From Candidatus Omnitrophota bacterium (lineage in GTDB: Bacteria > Omnitrophota > Gorgyraeia > 2-01-FULL-45-10), in assembly GCA_026387175.1 (NCBI GenBank), contig JAPLME010000008.1, positions 149,883 to 213,882 of the forward strand: a stretch of 64,000 nt of DNA. Direction: 5' to 3'. A program made the translations under genes and the position numbers. The notes beneath the pieces were generated by a model. That model was not told the DNA's origin. It did no database searches and saw only the letters and a program-made list of their open reading frames with translations. Shown in pieces: positions 1 through 10,900 of this stretch (positions are counted from its first letter, which is position 1; each line of letters opens with the position of its first letter).

Positions 1-245
1 CGACCGCGCTCGACGTCACCATACAGGCTCAAATTTTAGATCTGCTCAAGGAGCTTATAGATCGGAATAAGATGTCGGTCCTGTTTATAAGCCATGATTT
101 CGGAGTCATCGCGAAGATGTGCGACCGTGTCGGTGTCATGTATAAGGGAAAGATGGTTGAGACATCCGGCATAGAGGCGATATTAAATTCTCCCAAAGAT
201 CCTTACACTATCTCGTTAATAGAATCGGTGAAGGCGTTATCATGA
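1..245 (+). CDS. ABC transporter ATP-binding protein, C-terminal fragment (oligopeptide/dipeptide OppD/DppD-like); 5' end lies outside the window
   Basis: Frame-3 translation ...SVLFISHDFGVIAKMCDRVGVMYKGKMVETSGIEAILNSPKDPYTISLIESVKALS* matches the C-terminal region of Opp/Dpp ATPases. It overlaps the next ATPase gene by ATGA. Confidence 0.7.
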   Translation, partial: TALDVTIQAQILDLLKELIDRNKMSVLFISHDFGVIAKMCDRVGVMYKGKMVETSGIEAILNSPKDPYTISLIESVKALS

Positions 246-1018
246 TAATCGCGGAATGTAAGAATATAAAGAAGAGTTTTCCGATAAAACGCGGTTATCT
301 GCAGGATGAGATTGGCAGGGTGACGGCTGTAGATGGCGTATCGCTCGATATCGGGAAAGGATGTTCTTTCGGCATCGTCGGCGAATCGGGCTCGGGCAAG
401 ACTACGCTCGGCAAGATCATGCTGGGTGTTTTAAAACCTGATTCAGGCGAAGTGAGGGTCTATACCGATAAACTTCAGGTGATATTTCAGGATCCGTACA
501 ATAGTCTCGATCCTAAGATGAAGGTATTCGATATACTTGCGGAAGGACTGATCTTAAAAAAAGAGACTGATCAAATATCAAAGAGGGTAGAGGATATCAT
601 GGACATCATAAAGTTGCCAAAGCCCGCCCTCCATAGATATCCCCACCAGTTTTCCGGCGGTGAACGTCAGAGGATAGCTATAGGAAGAGCTCTCATTACA
701 GAGCCTGAATTCATAGTATGCGATGAGCCTGTATCGAGCCTTGACGTTACGATCCAGCTGCAGATATTAAGGCTGCTTAAAGACGTTCAGAAACGATTTA
801 ATATAACCTACCTATTCATAAGCCATGACCTGCGGGTCGTGCGCTTCATCTGCGACCGCGTTGCCGTCATGAAAGACGGCAAGATTGTAGAAGAGGGAAG
901 CGCCTCCGACATATATTCCCGCCCGGCGCACCCATACACTAAGCTGCTCCTCTCATCCGTTCTCCACATCTACCCCCGAAAAATCTCCTGGGGAAACGTG
1001 GGCGAAAATATCGTATAG
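242..1018 (+). CDS. ABC transporter ATP-binding protein (OppF/DppF-like)
   Basis: Walker A GESGSGKTT, signature FSGGERQRIAIGRAL, Walker B FIVCDEPVSSLD, H-loop SHD. The last codons (GENIV*) coincide with the outer TIR of a Y-type repeat. Confidence 0.85.
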   Translation: MIIAECKNIKKSFPIKRGYLQDEIGRVTAVDGVSLDIGKGCSFGIVGESGSGKTTLGKIMLGVLKPDSGEVRVYTDKLQVIFQDPYNSLDPKMKVFDILAEGLILKKETDQISKRVEDIMDIIKLPKPALHRYPHQFSGGERQRIAIGRALITEPEFIVCDEPVSSLDVTIQLQILRLLKDVQKRFNITYLFISHDLRVVRFICDRVAVMKDGKIVEEGSASDIYSRPAHPYTKLLLSSVLHIYPRKISWGNVGENIV

Positions 1019-1300
1019 GTGATGCCCCAGACGAGATCCTTCAGGCAGCGGAACTTCTGCGGGAAGCCTGGAGCGACTTTCGTAAAATCTTGATACTTCT
1101 AGGCGATATACCAGGACAATGAAACTGCACAATAGCTTTACGCATATGCAGGTTCATTGGCCATCAAGATTTTACAACAGCGAATTTACATGCCTAATGT
1201 AAATTCGCGACAAGCGGAAGGCTTACCGCAGAAGTTTCGCTGCTGTAGGAGAAGCGAAGGGACAGGGCCCGAGGGATGTTTTCGCTCTTGATTAGCGGGG
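1007..1300 (+). repeat. Y-type structured palindromic repeat, copy Y1 (type-1 long variant)
   Basis: Outer TIR GGCGAAAATATC (1007) pairs with GGATGTTTTCGC (~1270). Nested TIR GCAGCGGAACTTCTGCGGGAAGCC (1046) pairs with GGCTTACCGCAGAAGTTTCGCTGC (1220-1243). Internal hairpins GTAAAATCTTGAT...ATCAAGATTTTAC and GCGAATTTACAT-gcct-ATGTAAATTCGC (1180-1208). Near-identical to 24383-24657. Confidence 0.6.
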
Positions 1301-1330
1301 GAGTCTGCATTATAATTAGGGCCATAATTT

Positions 1331-2011
1331 ATGAATACCGCCAAGAAGATAATTACAATATCTAAACTGTTAAAGAAGGCCTATGGGAATCCGAGGCCAT
1401 TCAAGGCCCTGGATCCTGTCGATGAGCTGATAAAGACGGTCCTTTCGCAGAATACGAATGACCGGAATTCGCTTGGCGCGTTTGCGGTTTTGAAGGAACA
1501 TTTCAGTTCCTGGGGCGCATTGATGAAGGCCGATACGCGGCACGTCGCTCGGCTCATAAAGCATGCCGGACTTGCAAATATCAAGGCCGCTCGCATAAAA
1601 GAGATCCTGGCCGAGATAAAACGCCGCGAGGGAAAAATAAGCCTGGCGTTTTTGGAAAGGGCAGATCTCAAAGTTGGTATTGAATACCTTAAATCGCTTA
1701 AAGGCGTTGGCCCGAAAACGGCGGCATGTGTGCTGCTATTCAGTTTTCGTAGGCCCGTGATGCCGGTAGATACGCATATATTCAGGGTGACAAAGAGGCT
1801 GGGTTTAATCGGCTCGAAGACCGGTATAGAGGAAGCTCACGATATCCTTACAGGGATGACGCCTAAGCACTTGATATATGAATTGCATTTAGGTATAATA
1901 GAACACGGTCGCAGGACCTGTAAGGCGCAAAATCCGCGATGCGGGTTTTGCGTTTTGTATAATCTGTGCAAATTCAAGGATAAGCGTTTATATAAAGAGG
2001 GCCATAAGTGA
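1331..2011 (+). CDS. nth: endonuclease III (HhH-GPD DNA glycosylase with C-terminal 4Fe-4S cluster)
   Basis: HhH motif LKSLKGVGPKTAACVLLF, catalytic region PVDTHIFRV, and cluster motif CKAQNPRCGFCVLYNLC. Confidence 0.85.
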   Translation: MNTAKKIITISKLLKKAYGNPRPFKALDPVDELIKTVLSQNTNDRNSLGAFAVLKEHFSSWGALMKADTRHVARLIKHAGLANIKAARIKEILAEIKRREGKISLAFLERADLKVGIEYLKSLKGVGPKTAACVLLFSFRRPVMPVDTHIFRVTKRLGLIGSKTGIEEAHDILTGMTPKHLIYELHLGIIEHGRRTCKAQNPRCGFCVLYNLCKFKDKRLYKEGHK

Positions 2012-2457
2012 TAAGAAAAGCCACGGTAGAGGATGTCAAGAAGATACAGAAGCTCATCAATTATCATGCCAGGCATGATAAGATGCTTCCGCGTTCGCTT
2101 AATGAATTATACGAGAGCATAAGAAATTTCTTCGTATATACCGAAGGAAAGAACATCTGCGGGGTCTGCGCCCTCAACGTTGACTGGGAGGATCTTGCGG
2201 AGATAAAGAGCCTGGCGGTGGCGCCGTCCAAGGCGAGAAAAGGCGTCGGTTCCAAGCTTATGCAGGAGTGCCTTAAGGACGCTAAGAAATTGAAGATAAC
2301 GAAAGTTTTTGCGCTTACCTACGTGCCGGAATTCTTCGAGAAATTCGGCTTTGAGGTGATAGATAAGAAGGATCTTCCGCATAAGATATGGAGCGAGTGC
2401 ATAAAGTGCATGTACTTCCCTAACTGTAAAGAGATAGCAATGATGAAGGAGATATAG
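2008..2457 (+). CDS. GNAT-family N-acetyltransferase (ArgA-C-terminal-like)
   Basis: 149 aa with acetyl-CoA binding motif IKSLAVAPSKARKGVGSKLM. GTG start overlaps the nth stop by GTGA. Confidence 0.65.
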   Translation: MIRKATVEDVKKIQKLINYHARHDKMLPRSLNELYESIRNFFVYTEGKNICGVCALNVDWEDLAEIKSLAVAPSKARKGVGSKLMQECLKDAKKLKITKVFALTYVPEFFEKFGFEVIDKKDLPHKIWSECIKCMYFPNCKEIAMMKEI

Positions 2458-2463
2458 AGCAAA

Positions 2464-3738
2464 ATGGGTCACACGATAACGGAAAAGATCCTCTTAAAAC
2501 ATACCAAATTGAAGGATATCCACCCAGGGGAATTTATCGACGCGAAAGTCGATCTCTGTCTGGGTAACGATATAACCGCGCCTTTTGCGATAGAGGAGTT
2601 TGAGAGCTTAGGCGCGAAGAAGGTTTTCGATAAGAAGAAGGTTGTGCTCGTCCCCGATCATTTTGCGCCCGCTAAAGATATGGCGAGCGCGAACCAGTGC
2701 AAGAGGCTGGCTACTTTTTCCAAGAAGTACGATATAAAGCACTATTTCGAGGTGGGATCGATGGGCGTTGAACACGCGCTTCTGCCTGAGGTCGGACTGG
2801 TGTTGCCCGGAGATCTCGTGATAGGCGCGGATTCACATACTTGCACCTACGGCGCGCTCGGCGCGTTCTCGACCGGAGTCGGCTCGACGGATCTTGCGGC
2901 TGCCATGGCGACGGGCGAGGTATGGCTGAAAGTGCCGGAGTCGATGAAGTTCGTATTTTATGGAAAGCTCAATAAATGGGTGGGCGGCAAGGACCTGATC
3001 CTGCATACTATAGGGAACATAGGCGTTGACGGCGCGCGTTATTGCGCGATGGAGTTTTGCGGAGAGGTGATCGATAAACTGCCTATGGAGGACCGTCTGA
3101 CTATGTGTAATATGGCGATCGAGGCCGGCGGAAAGAATGGGATAATCGCTCCGGACAAGATAACGTCCGGCTATATAAGATCGATAAAGAATAAGGCTAA
3201 GCCGGGTATCGGTAAAGTTTACTCAAGCGATAAAGACGCAAAATATCGCGATGTCAGGGAATATGATTGCAGCTTGATCGAACCGCTCGTCGCATGTCCG
3301 AGCCTTCCCAGCAATGTGAAGCCGGTCAGGGCACTGAAAGATGTGGCGATAGATCAGGTAGTGATAGGCTCATGCACTAACGGCAGGATATCGGACCTGA
3401 GGATCGCGGCAAAGATCCTGAAAGGAAAAAAGGCGAAATCTAATATAAGGCTTATAGTGATCCCGGCCACCCAGAAGATATATCTGGACGCGATGAAGGA
3501 AGGGCTTGCTAAGATATTCATTGACGCAGGAGGCGTATTCTCGACCCCGACATGCGGGCCATGCCTCGGAGGTCATATGGGCATATTGGCGGCGGGAGAG
3601 CGCGCCATATCCACCACGAACCGTAATTTTGTCGGAAGGATGGGTGATCCGACGAGTGAGGTATATCTGTCCAATCCGGCTGTGGCAGCCGCAAGCGCGG
3701 TAAAAGGCAGGATAGCCCACCCTGAAGAGGTGATATAA
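2464..3738 (+). CDS. leuC: 3-isopropylmalate dehydratase large subunit (aconitase family, short LeuC/HACN-type)
   Basis: 424 aa with aconitase-family Cys ligand region ([18 protein letters not shown]). Followed by the small subunit and the dehydrogenase. Confidence 0.8.
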   Translation: MGHTITEKILLKHTKLKDIHPGEFIDAKVDLCLGNDITAPFAIEEFESLGAKKVFDKKKVVLVPDHFAPAKDMASANQCKRLATFSKKYDIKHYFEVGSMGVEHALLPEVGLVLPGDLVIGADSHTCTYGALGAFSTGVGSTDLAAAMATGEVWLKVPESMKFVFYGKLNKWVGGKDLILHTIGNIGVDGARYCAMEFCGEVIDKLPMEDRLTMCNMAIEAGGKNGIIAPDKITSGYIRSIKNKAKPGIGKVYSSDKDAKYRDVREYDCSLIEPLVACPSLPSNVKPVRALKDVAIDQVVIGSCTNGRISDLRIAAKILKGKKAKSNIRLIVIPATQKIYLDAMKEGLAKIFIDAGGVFSTPTCGPCLGGHMGILAAGERAISTTNRNFVGRMGDPTSEVYLSNPAVAAASAVKGRIAHPEEVI

Positions 3739-4230
3739 ATGTCTAAAGGCAGAGCGTATAAATTCGGCGATGATATTAACACAGATGAGATAATACCGGC
3801 GCGTTATCTCAATACTACCAATAAAGAAGATCTCGCGAAACACTGCATGGAGGATGCCGATAAGAATTTTGCGAAGAAGGTAAGGCCGGGTGACGTGATC
3901 GTTGCGGGGAAGAACTTCGGATGCGGTTCCTCGAGAGAGCATGCTCCGGTTGCTATAAAAGCGGCGGGTGTATCTTGCGTGATAGCGGAAAGTTTCGCCA
4001 GGATATTTTTCCGTAACTGTATCAATGTCGGTCTGTCGATAGTGGAATCCCGGGAAGCCTCGAAAAATATAAGAGACGGCGATCTCCTGAGCGTGGATAC
4101 GGCATCAGGGGTGGTGAAGAATATAACGAAAAAAGAGAGTTACAAAATAGAGAAGTATCCGTCGTTTATGCAAAAGATAATAAAAGCCGGAGGCCTTATC
4201 AATTCATTAAGAAAGAAAGGATCAAAATGA
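3739..4230 (+). CDS. leuD: 3-isopropylmalate dehydratase small subunit
   Basis: 163 aa aconitase swivel-domain protein ([14 protein letters not shown]), abutting leuC. Confidence 0.8.
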   Translation: MSKGRAYKFGDDINTDEIIPARYLNTTNKEDLAKHCMEDADKNFAKKVRPGDVIVAGKNFGCGSSREHAPVAIKAAGVSCVIAESFARIFFRNCINVGLSIVESREASKNIRDGDLLSVDTASGVVKNITKKESYKIEKYPSFMQKIIKAGGLINSLRKKGSK

Positions 4231-5288
4231 GTGGAAAGGAATATAGGATAGCGGTGATACCGGGGGATGGCACTGGCCCGGAGGTTGTGGCGGAAGGGAT
4301 GAAGGTCCTGAAAGCGGCTTCCAAGAAATTCGGATTCTCATATAAGGATGAGCTCTTCGATTACGGCGGAGAGAGATATCTGAAGACGGGGAAGACCATA
4401 GACGATAAAGAGCTGGATAACCTGAAGAAATTCGACGCGATATTTTTGGGCGCCATCGGGCACCCTAATGTGAAGCCCGGCATACTCGAGCAGGGGATAC
4501 TCCTAAAGACCAGGTTCTCTCTTGATCAATATATCAACTTGAGGCCTGTCAAGCTTTACGATTCCCGTTTCTGTCCCCTTAAAGATAAGAAGCCTGAGGA
4601 TATAGACTTTGTAGTTGTGAGAGAGAATTCCGAAGGCCTTTACAAGGGCATGGGCGAATTCCAAAATAAGGGCAAGAAGGATGAAGTCGCCATACAGATC
4701 TCGTATAATACGAGAAAAGGCGTCGAGAGGTGCCTGAGATACGCGTTCGAGTTTACCAGGAAACGCAACAGGCGCAAAAAATTGACTCTCTGCGGAAAGA
4801 CCAATGTCCTGACGTATGCATGGGACCTCTGGCAGAGGACGTTCGATGAGATCAAGAAAGAGTACCCGGACATAATGACAGATTACGCCCATGTTGACGC
4901 CACCACGATGTGGTTCGTCAAAAATCCCGAATGGTTCGACGTCATCGTCACCGACAATATATTCGGCGACATCATAACGGATCTGGGGGCCATGATACAG
5001 GGCGGTATGGGCATAGCCGCCGGAGGCAATATAAATCCTGAAAGCGTATCGATGTTCGAGCCTATAGGCGGGTCCGCTCCGAAGTATACTGGAAAACATG
5101 TCATTAATCCACTTGCGGCCATCTGCGCGGCCGGGATGCTTCTGGATAATATCGGTGAAACGAAGGCCGCGAAGTCGATCGAGAGTTCGGTCATGAAGAT
5201 AGTCTCGACAAAGATGAAATCGCTTGCGGCAGGCAAGATGGGTTATTCGACCGAAGAAGTCGGAGACCTGGTAGTTGAAAATTTATAA
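4227..5288 (+). CDS. leuB: 3-isopropylmalate dehydrogenase (isocitrate/isopropylmalate DH family)
   Basis: 353 aa with the N-terminal [13 protein letters not shown] and [12 protein letters not shown] motifs of the family. Confidence 0.8.
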   Translation: MSGKEYRIAVIPGDGTGPEVVAEGMKVLKAASKKFGFSYKDELFDYGGERYLKTGKTIDDKELDNLKKFDAIFLGAIGHPNVKPGILEQGILLKTRFSLDQYINLRPVKLYDSRFCPLKDKKPEDIDFVVVRENSEGLYKGMGEFQNKGKKDEVAIQISYNTRKGVERCLRYAFEFTRKRNRRKKLTLCGKTNVLTYAWDLWQRTFDEIKKEYPDIMTDYAHVDATTMWFVKNPEWFDVIVTDNIFGDIITDLGAMIQGGMGIAAGGNINPESVSMFEPIGGSAPKYTGKHVINPLAAICAAGMLLDNIGETKAAKSIESSVMKIVSTKMKSLAAGKMGYSTEEVGDLVVENL

Positions 5289-5297
5289 GAGGCTGGT

Positions 5298-6302
5298 ATG
5301 AGCAAAAAATACAATGTAGCCGTAATGGGCGCTACAGGCGCAGTCGGCACATGTTTTTTAAATATACTTGCGGAGAGAAAATTTCCGATAAATAATTTAA
5401 GGTTGCTTGCGTCGGAACGTTCGGCGGGGAAGAAGCTTAAATTCAACGGCAAGCTATATCCTGTAGAAAAGCTCACCCATGATTCGTTTAAAGGCATAGA
5501 TATCGTCCTGGCGAGCGCGGGCGCCTCACGAAGCCTTGAGTTTTTGCCCAGCGCTGTAAAGGCGGGAGCGGTGTGTGTCGATAACTCCAGCGCCTTCCGG
5601 ATGGATAAGGACGTGCCGCTCGTGGTCCCCGAAGTGAACCCTGAGATGATAAAGAGACATAAGGGCATAATCGCTAACCCGAACTGTTCGACCATCCAGA
5701 TGGTCGTTGCCCTCTGGCCGATACACAAGGCCGTCGGCATAAAGAGGATCGTTGTCACCACATTCCAGTCGGTCTCAGGCGCGGGCCAAAAAAAGATCAA
5801 TGAATTATTTGAGCAGTCTAAGGCCTTTCTTGCAAAGAAAAAAGTGAAGCCGGTAGAGTTTGCTCATCAGATAGCGTTCAACCTGATACCGCAGATTGAC
5901 GTCTTCCTCGATAACAAATATACCAAGGAAGAGATGAAGATGGTAGGCGAAACCCGCAAGATCATGGGCGACCAGTCTATCAATATCAACGCGACCTGCA
6001 TCAGAGTACCCGTCCTATTCGCTCATTCCGAGAGCGTCAATATCGAAACCGAAAAGCATATCAGTGCTCTTGAGGTGGCAAGGCTTATGGCCGGCGCGCC
6101 GGGTGTCAGGCTTATAGACAATCCGGCGAAACAGTTGTATCCGATGCCTATAGATGCTGAAGGACAGGATGACACTCTGGTAGGACGCATACGCCAGGAC
6201 GAGTCGATAAAGAACGGTATCTCCATGTGGATCGTTGCCGATAACATTCGTAAAGGCGCCGCCCTTAACGCTATCCAGATTGCTGAATATCTAATAAAAT
6301 AA
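5298..6302 (+). CDS. asd: aspartate-semialdehyde dehydrogenase
   Basis: N-terminal NAD-binding VAVMGATGAVG and active-site NPNCSTIQMVVAL (catalytic Cys). Confidence 0.85.
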   Translation: MSKKYNVAVMGATGAVGTCFLNILAERKFPINNLRLLASERSAGKKLKFNGKLYPVEKLTHDSFKGIDIVLASAGASRSLEFLPSAVKAGAVCVDNSSAFRMDKDVPLVVPEVNPEMIKRHKGIIANPNCSTIQMVVALWPIHKAVGIKRIVVTTFQSVSGAGQKKINELFEQSKAFLAKKKVKPVEFAHQIAFNLIPQIDVFLDNKYTKEEMKMVGETRKIMGDQSININATCIRVPVLFAHSESVNIETEKHISALEVARLMAGAPGVRLIDNPAKQLYPMPIDAEGQDDTLVGRIRQDESIKNGISMWIVADNIRKGAALNAIQIAEYLIK

Positions 6303-6480
6303 GATGGATTTTTTGGCTTCGTCAGATGGCAGAACTTTTTGGCACCTTACTGGAGCGACTTTCTAAAATTTCGATACCTATAGGCGGTACAGGCTTCACC
6401 ATCGAAATTTTAGCAACAGCGAGCGAGGAAGCCTATTCCGAGCGAGCGGCAAGCGGAAGCAGGTGCCAAAAGTGAATGCC
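6303..6480 (+). repeat. Y-type repeat, truncated copy Y4 (short variant)
   Basis: CAGATGGCAGAACTTTTTGGCACC...AAAATTTCGATACCTATAGGCGGTACAGGC...ATCGAAATTTTA...GAGCGAGCGGCAAGCGGAAGCAGGTGCCAAAAGT. Outer arms TTTTGGCACCT/AGGTGCCAAAA are complementary. Homologous to 15625-15780. Confidence 0.5.
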
Positions 6481-6511
6481 ATCACGTTGCAGCCAAAAAA
6501 TCAAACGAGAT

Positions 6512-7249
6512 ATGCGTAACATAAAGCTCACTATCCGCTACGACGGGACGAACTATTCCGGATGGCAGTTCCAGAAGAACTCCACATCTATCCAGGAGAC
6601 CATCCAGGATGCGGTCAGGAAGATCACGGGCCGCAAGTCCAGCGTCGTCGCATCCGGCAGGACCGACGCCGGCGTGCATGCATTGGCCCAGATAGCGAAC
6701 TTCAAGACCGCCTCGAAGATCCCTCTCAAAAATCTGCGTATGGCGTTAAATACAGCCCTGCCGGACGACATAGTAGTATCCCGGGCCAAAGAGGTTGCTC
6801 TCGACTTCGATTCGCAAAAGAACGCCAAATCAAAGTTGTATCGTTATGTGATCTATAACAAAGATTTCATGGACCCGTTCTTAAGACGTTACGCCGCGAA
6901 GTCTTTTTTCAAAATCGATACCGCTCTAATGAGAGAGGGTGCGAAATATCTGGTCGGCCGGCATGACTTTACGTCGTTCAAAACGAAGGACGATGATGAG
7001 GGGGCCAACGCGGTCAGGACGATAAAGTATATTAGAATTAAAAGAGACGGCGATGTGATATATATCAATATCGAGGCCGACGGATTTTTGTATAACATGG
7101 TCCGGAACATCGTCGGCACATTGATCGAGGTCGGTCGCGGTAAATTTAAGACCGAATATGTTAAAGAGATACTGAAAAAGAAGGATAAGCGCTCATGCGG
7201 CCCGACAGCGCCGGCAAAGGGCCTCTCGTTGGTAAAGGTAAGGTATTGA
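6512..7249 (+). CDS. truA: tRNA pseudouridine(38-40) synthase
   Basis: MRNIKLTIRYDGTNYSGWQFQ and RTDAGVHA catalytic Asp motif. The ORF-track start at 6476 lies inside the repeat, so the start was moved to ATG 6512. Confidence 0.85.
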   Translation: MRNIKLTIRYDGTNYSGWQFQKNSTSIQETIQDAVRKITGRKSSVVASGRTDAGVHALAQIANFKTASKIPLKNLRMALNTALPDDIVVSRAKEVALDFDSQKNAKSKLYRYVIYNKDFMDPFLRRYAAKSFFKIDTALMREGAKYLVGRHDFTSFKTKDDDEGANAVRTIKYIRIKRDGDVIYINIEADGFLYNMVRNIVGTLIEVGRGKFKTEYVKEILKKKDKRSCGPTAPAKGLSLVKVRY

Positions 7250-7250
7250 T

Positions 7251-7862
7251 ATGAAGAATAGATACGAATATATGGTCTTTGACCTTGGCAATACATTGAT
7301 CCGATTCGATCATAATATATCGGCGGGAAAGATCGCGAAACTCTTTAATGTCGACGCAAAGAAGGTATATGACACATTCTTTGATTCCGATATTACGCGG
7401 CCTTTCGAATGCGGGAAATTATCTCCAGCGGAATTTCATGTTCAAGCTTCGCGGCTTCTGGGTTTCGATATTTCTTATGATGGTTTTGTAAAAATATGGA
7501 ATAATATATTCTGGCAGGATGACCAGATGTGCGCGCTGGCAAGGGAGCTCAAGAGTAAGTATAAATTGATCTTACTTTCCAACATCAGCAAACTTCATTT
7601 CGAGCACATTAGAAGTAAATTTGATATCATCGATATATTTGATGAGCTTGTCTTATCGTATCAGGTCGGGGCTATAAAACCCGAGCGGAAGATATATGAT
7701 GAGGTGGTAAAGCGCGCAGGCGGCAACAGGTCGGAGATCTTCTATATAGATGACAGGGAAGACCTGATAGAATCCGCGCTTCGACTCGGGATCGATTCGG
7801 TAAGATTCGAAAATATCGATAAATTACGAGATATAATGAAAGAAAAAGGCATACTGCCTTGA
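7251..7862 (+). CDS. HAD-superfamily hydrolase
   Basis: N-terminal DxG motif (MVFDLGNTL) and C-terminal FYIDDRE of HAD phosphatases. Confidence 0.6.
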   Translation: MKNRYEYMVFDLGNTLIRFDHNISAGKIAKLFNVDAKKVYDTFFDSDITRPFECGKLSPAEFHVQASRLLGFDISYDGFVKIWNNIFWQDDQMCALARELKSKYKLILLSNISKLHFEHIRSKFDIIDIFDELVLSYQVGAIKPERKIYDEVVKRAGGNRSEIFYIDDREDLIESALRLGIDSVRFENIDKLRDIMKEKGILP

Positions 7863-7971
7863 CTTTTATGCAATCCCATGATACACTTCTTTACAAGTTT
7901 ATGTAAGCTTCTATAGTTTATATATTCTGGTATATTTTATACTTTTTTATACGGACTTATAATATAATTAT

Positions 7972-10900
7972 ATGCACTTTAAATCCCTAGAGCTGGTGGG
8001 TTTTAAGTCTTTTGCCGAAAAGACGAAGCTTAATTTTGAGCCGGGCGTTACCGCTGTAGTCGGCCCCAATGGCTGCGGAAAATCCAACATAGCTGACTCT
8101 ATCCGCTGGGTGCTCGGCGAGCAGTCAGCAAAAAGCCTGCGGGCGTCCAATATGCAGGACGTCATCTTCAACGGCACCGACACCAAAGATCCTATCAATT
8201 TTGCCGAAGTATCCTTGACATTTTCCAATGAAAAAAGAACTCTCCCGATAGACTACGATGAAGTCACGATAACCCGCCGCGTATTCCGCTCAGGCGATAG
8301 CGAATATCTTTTAAACAAAACCCCCGTAAGGCTGAAAGACATAGCGGACCTTCTGATGGGAACCGGTATAGGCACGGAGAGCTATTCCATTATCGAGCAG
8401 GGAAAGATGGACCTGATACTCAGCTCGAAGCCGGAGGACAGGCGCTATGTATTCGAAGAGGCCAGCGGCATCACTAAATATAAATCCAAGAAGAAAGAGG
8501 CCCTGCGCAAACTCGAGCAGACCGAGCAGAACCTGCTGCGCATAAATGATATTATAACGGAAGTGAAACGCCAGATAAACTCTATCGAGCGCCAGGCGAA
8601 GAAGGCGGAACGCTATAAGGTCGATTACGAAAAGCTGAAGGATATGGAGGTCAAGCTCACCTGCCGCGAGTACAAGGGCCTGAAGATGCAGGAAGCCACG
8701 TTTACCGTAGAGAATGAAGATACGAAGGCAAGAGAGAGGGACCTTTCCGGTGAAATAAACGCGATCGCCCTGAAGATTTCCGAAGAAAGGCAGGCGCTGA
8801 ACGAGGTAAATAATAAGATTTTGAATTTAAGGAACCGCTCTTCGGAGATCTCGAATTCGCTCGATATGAATAAGCACAAGATCGAAATAGATAAAGAGAG
8901 GATCGAGGAGGCCCGCATATTACAGGAGGGCCTGAACAGAGAGATCAAATCGGCAACCGATAAGATAAATAACGCTAAGGAGCAGGTAGGTAAATTAAAG
9001 ATCGATCTTGACAGGGCGGTATCGGAGAGGGCCCTGAAGCAAAAGACCGTTGAAGAACATGAACTGCTTTTATCGAATATCGCCAGAGAGCTGGAGGAGA
9101 CCGAAGAGAAGGCCAAGGTCTTCAAGATACAGATAGTGGAATTCCTGGCAAAAGAGACACATATAAAGAACGACCTGATAAAGATAGGCGCCGATGTTCA
9201 GAACAGGAAGATGCGTCAGCGGAGGCTCGAGATAGAAAAAGATGAGGTGGGGAAGGAGCTGGAGTCCACTGAGGGAGCCTTGTCGGGTGTGCTGGTGGAA
9301 TTTAAGACCATAGAAGACAAAGTCGTCGGACTCAAGACGGGCCTCGAGGCGAAGAAGCTTGCTAATGAAGAGGTCATATCCGCGATAGAGAATATAGAAT
9401 CGGATATAGCCAGGGAAGAAAACAATAAAGCCGCGACAAGGTCGAAGATCGAAATGCTGGAAGAGAGCCTGAAGACGCACGAGGGATTTAAGAGCGGGGT
9501 GAAGAACCTGCTCATTAAGGCCAATGAAGATAAGGTTTCATTCAGCGGGGTCCTCGGGGTATTGGCGGATATAATAAAAGTCGAAAAAGGTTACGAAGAG
9601 GCTGTAAGTACGCTCCTGGGCGATGACGCTCAGCTGATAATTACGGAAAATGATAATGACATAGTGAGGGCTATCGAATATTTGAAGAACGGCAGGTTTG
9701 GTAAAGCAAGCTTTGTCTCTCTTGAAACATTGAGGAAGGTAAGCCGAAGCGCGGATCTCCGGCTTAACGAAGCTCTCCATAAGCCATTGAGCAGTTTTGT
9801 TCATATAGATGAGCGGCTTAAACCGGTTATTGAATATTTCTTCGTAAATTCTTATCTGATAGAATCTGTAGAAGAAGGCATGAGGAGTTGCGGCGCCAGC
9901 CCCGCGGTATTTGTAACAAAGTCCGGGCACATGTTCGATAATTGCAAGGTTTCGGGCGGAAGCGCGAGCGAAGGCGAAGAGTCGCTGCTGATAGGGCGCA
10001 GACAGAGACTGGATGACCTGAGGAACGAGCTTAGGACCTGTGAAGAGAGAGGCATAGCGCTTGTTGCCGTCAGGGATGAAAAGAAATCGGCCGGCAGGGC
10101 CCTGGAGACCGAGATAGAGTCCACAGATTCCGCGCTAAGGCAGGAAGAGATAAATTACGCCAATGCCAAAACTAAAAAGGACGCTCAGGAAGAAGCGGGC
10201 AGGAAACTCGCGGACGAAATGTTCCTCCTTGGATCGGAGCTGGATGAGGTGAATCAGATCATAAACGATCTCACCGCGAAGGGCACGGCGCTGAATATTG
10301 AGCTGAATAAGATCGAGGTTGAAAAGACCTCGATGCAGGAATTTATAGATCGATCCCAGGCTTTTATACTTGATAAAAAGTCTGAACGGGAGAGGACCGC
10401 GCTGGAGATGGCGACATTGAGAGCCGAGGTCCAATCGCAGGAAAAGGAAGAGGAGAATGTCCGTAATAATCTCAAGTCGCAGGAAGCCATAGTTTTCGAA
10501 CTCGAGGATACATTATATGCCAAGGACGCCTTAGCGAAGGAATCGAGCGAGAAAGCTAAGTCTCTGGAATGCGAGATAGGTAATCTGACCAGCCAGAACC
10601 AGATATTAGAAAATGACCTAAAGATCCTTAATGAGGAATCCTCCGCCGTAGAGGGCTCGAGGGCCGATATCGGGGCGAGGCTCAATATGGACGAGACGCA
10701 GTTGAAAGAAAAAGAGGCGCAGCTGGAGACCTTCCGTAACCTTATAAGGGATCTTGACGTAAAATTGACAGAGCTTAATTTCAAGAAGTCGAATTTAAAG
10801 GACAGGATGCTTCAGGCGCACAAGTTCGACCTTGAGATGACACCTGTGGAACTTGATGAGCAGATAGACTGGGAATCGATAAGCGTGCAGGTCTCGGAGC

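Noticed and set aside
6476-6511. ORF-track N-terminal extension of truA (MPSRCSQKIKRD...).
   Set aside because: The extension lies inside the Y4 repeat's 3' arm. The conserved TruA N-terminus starts at the internal Met 6512.
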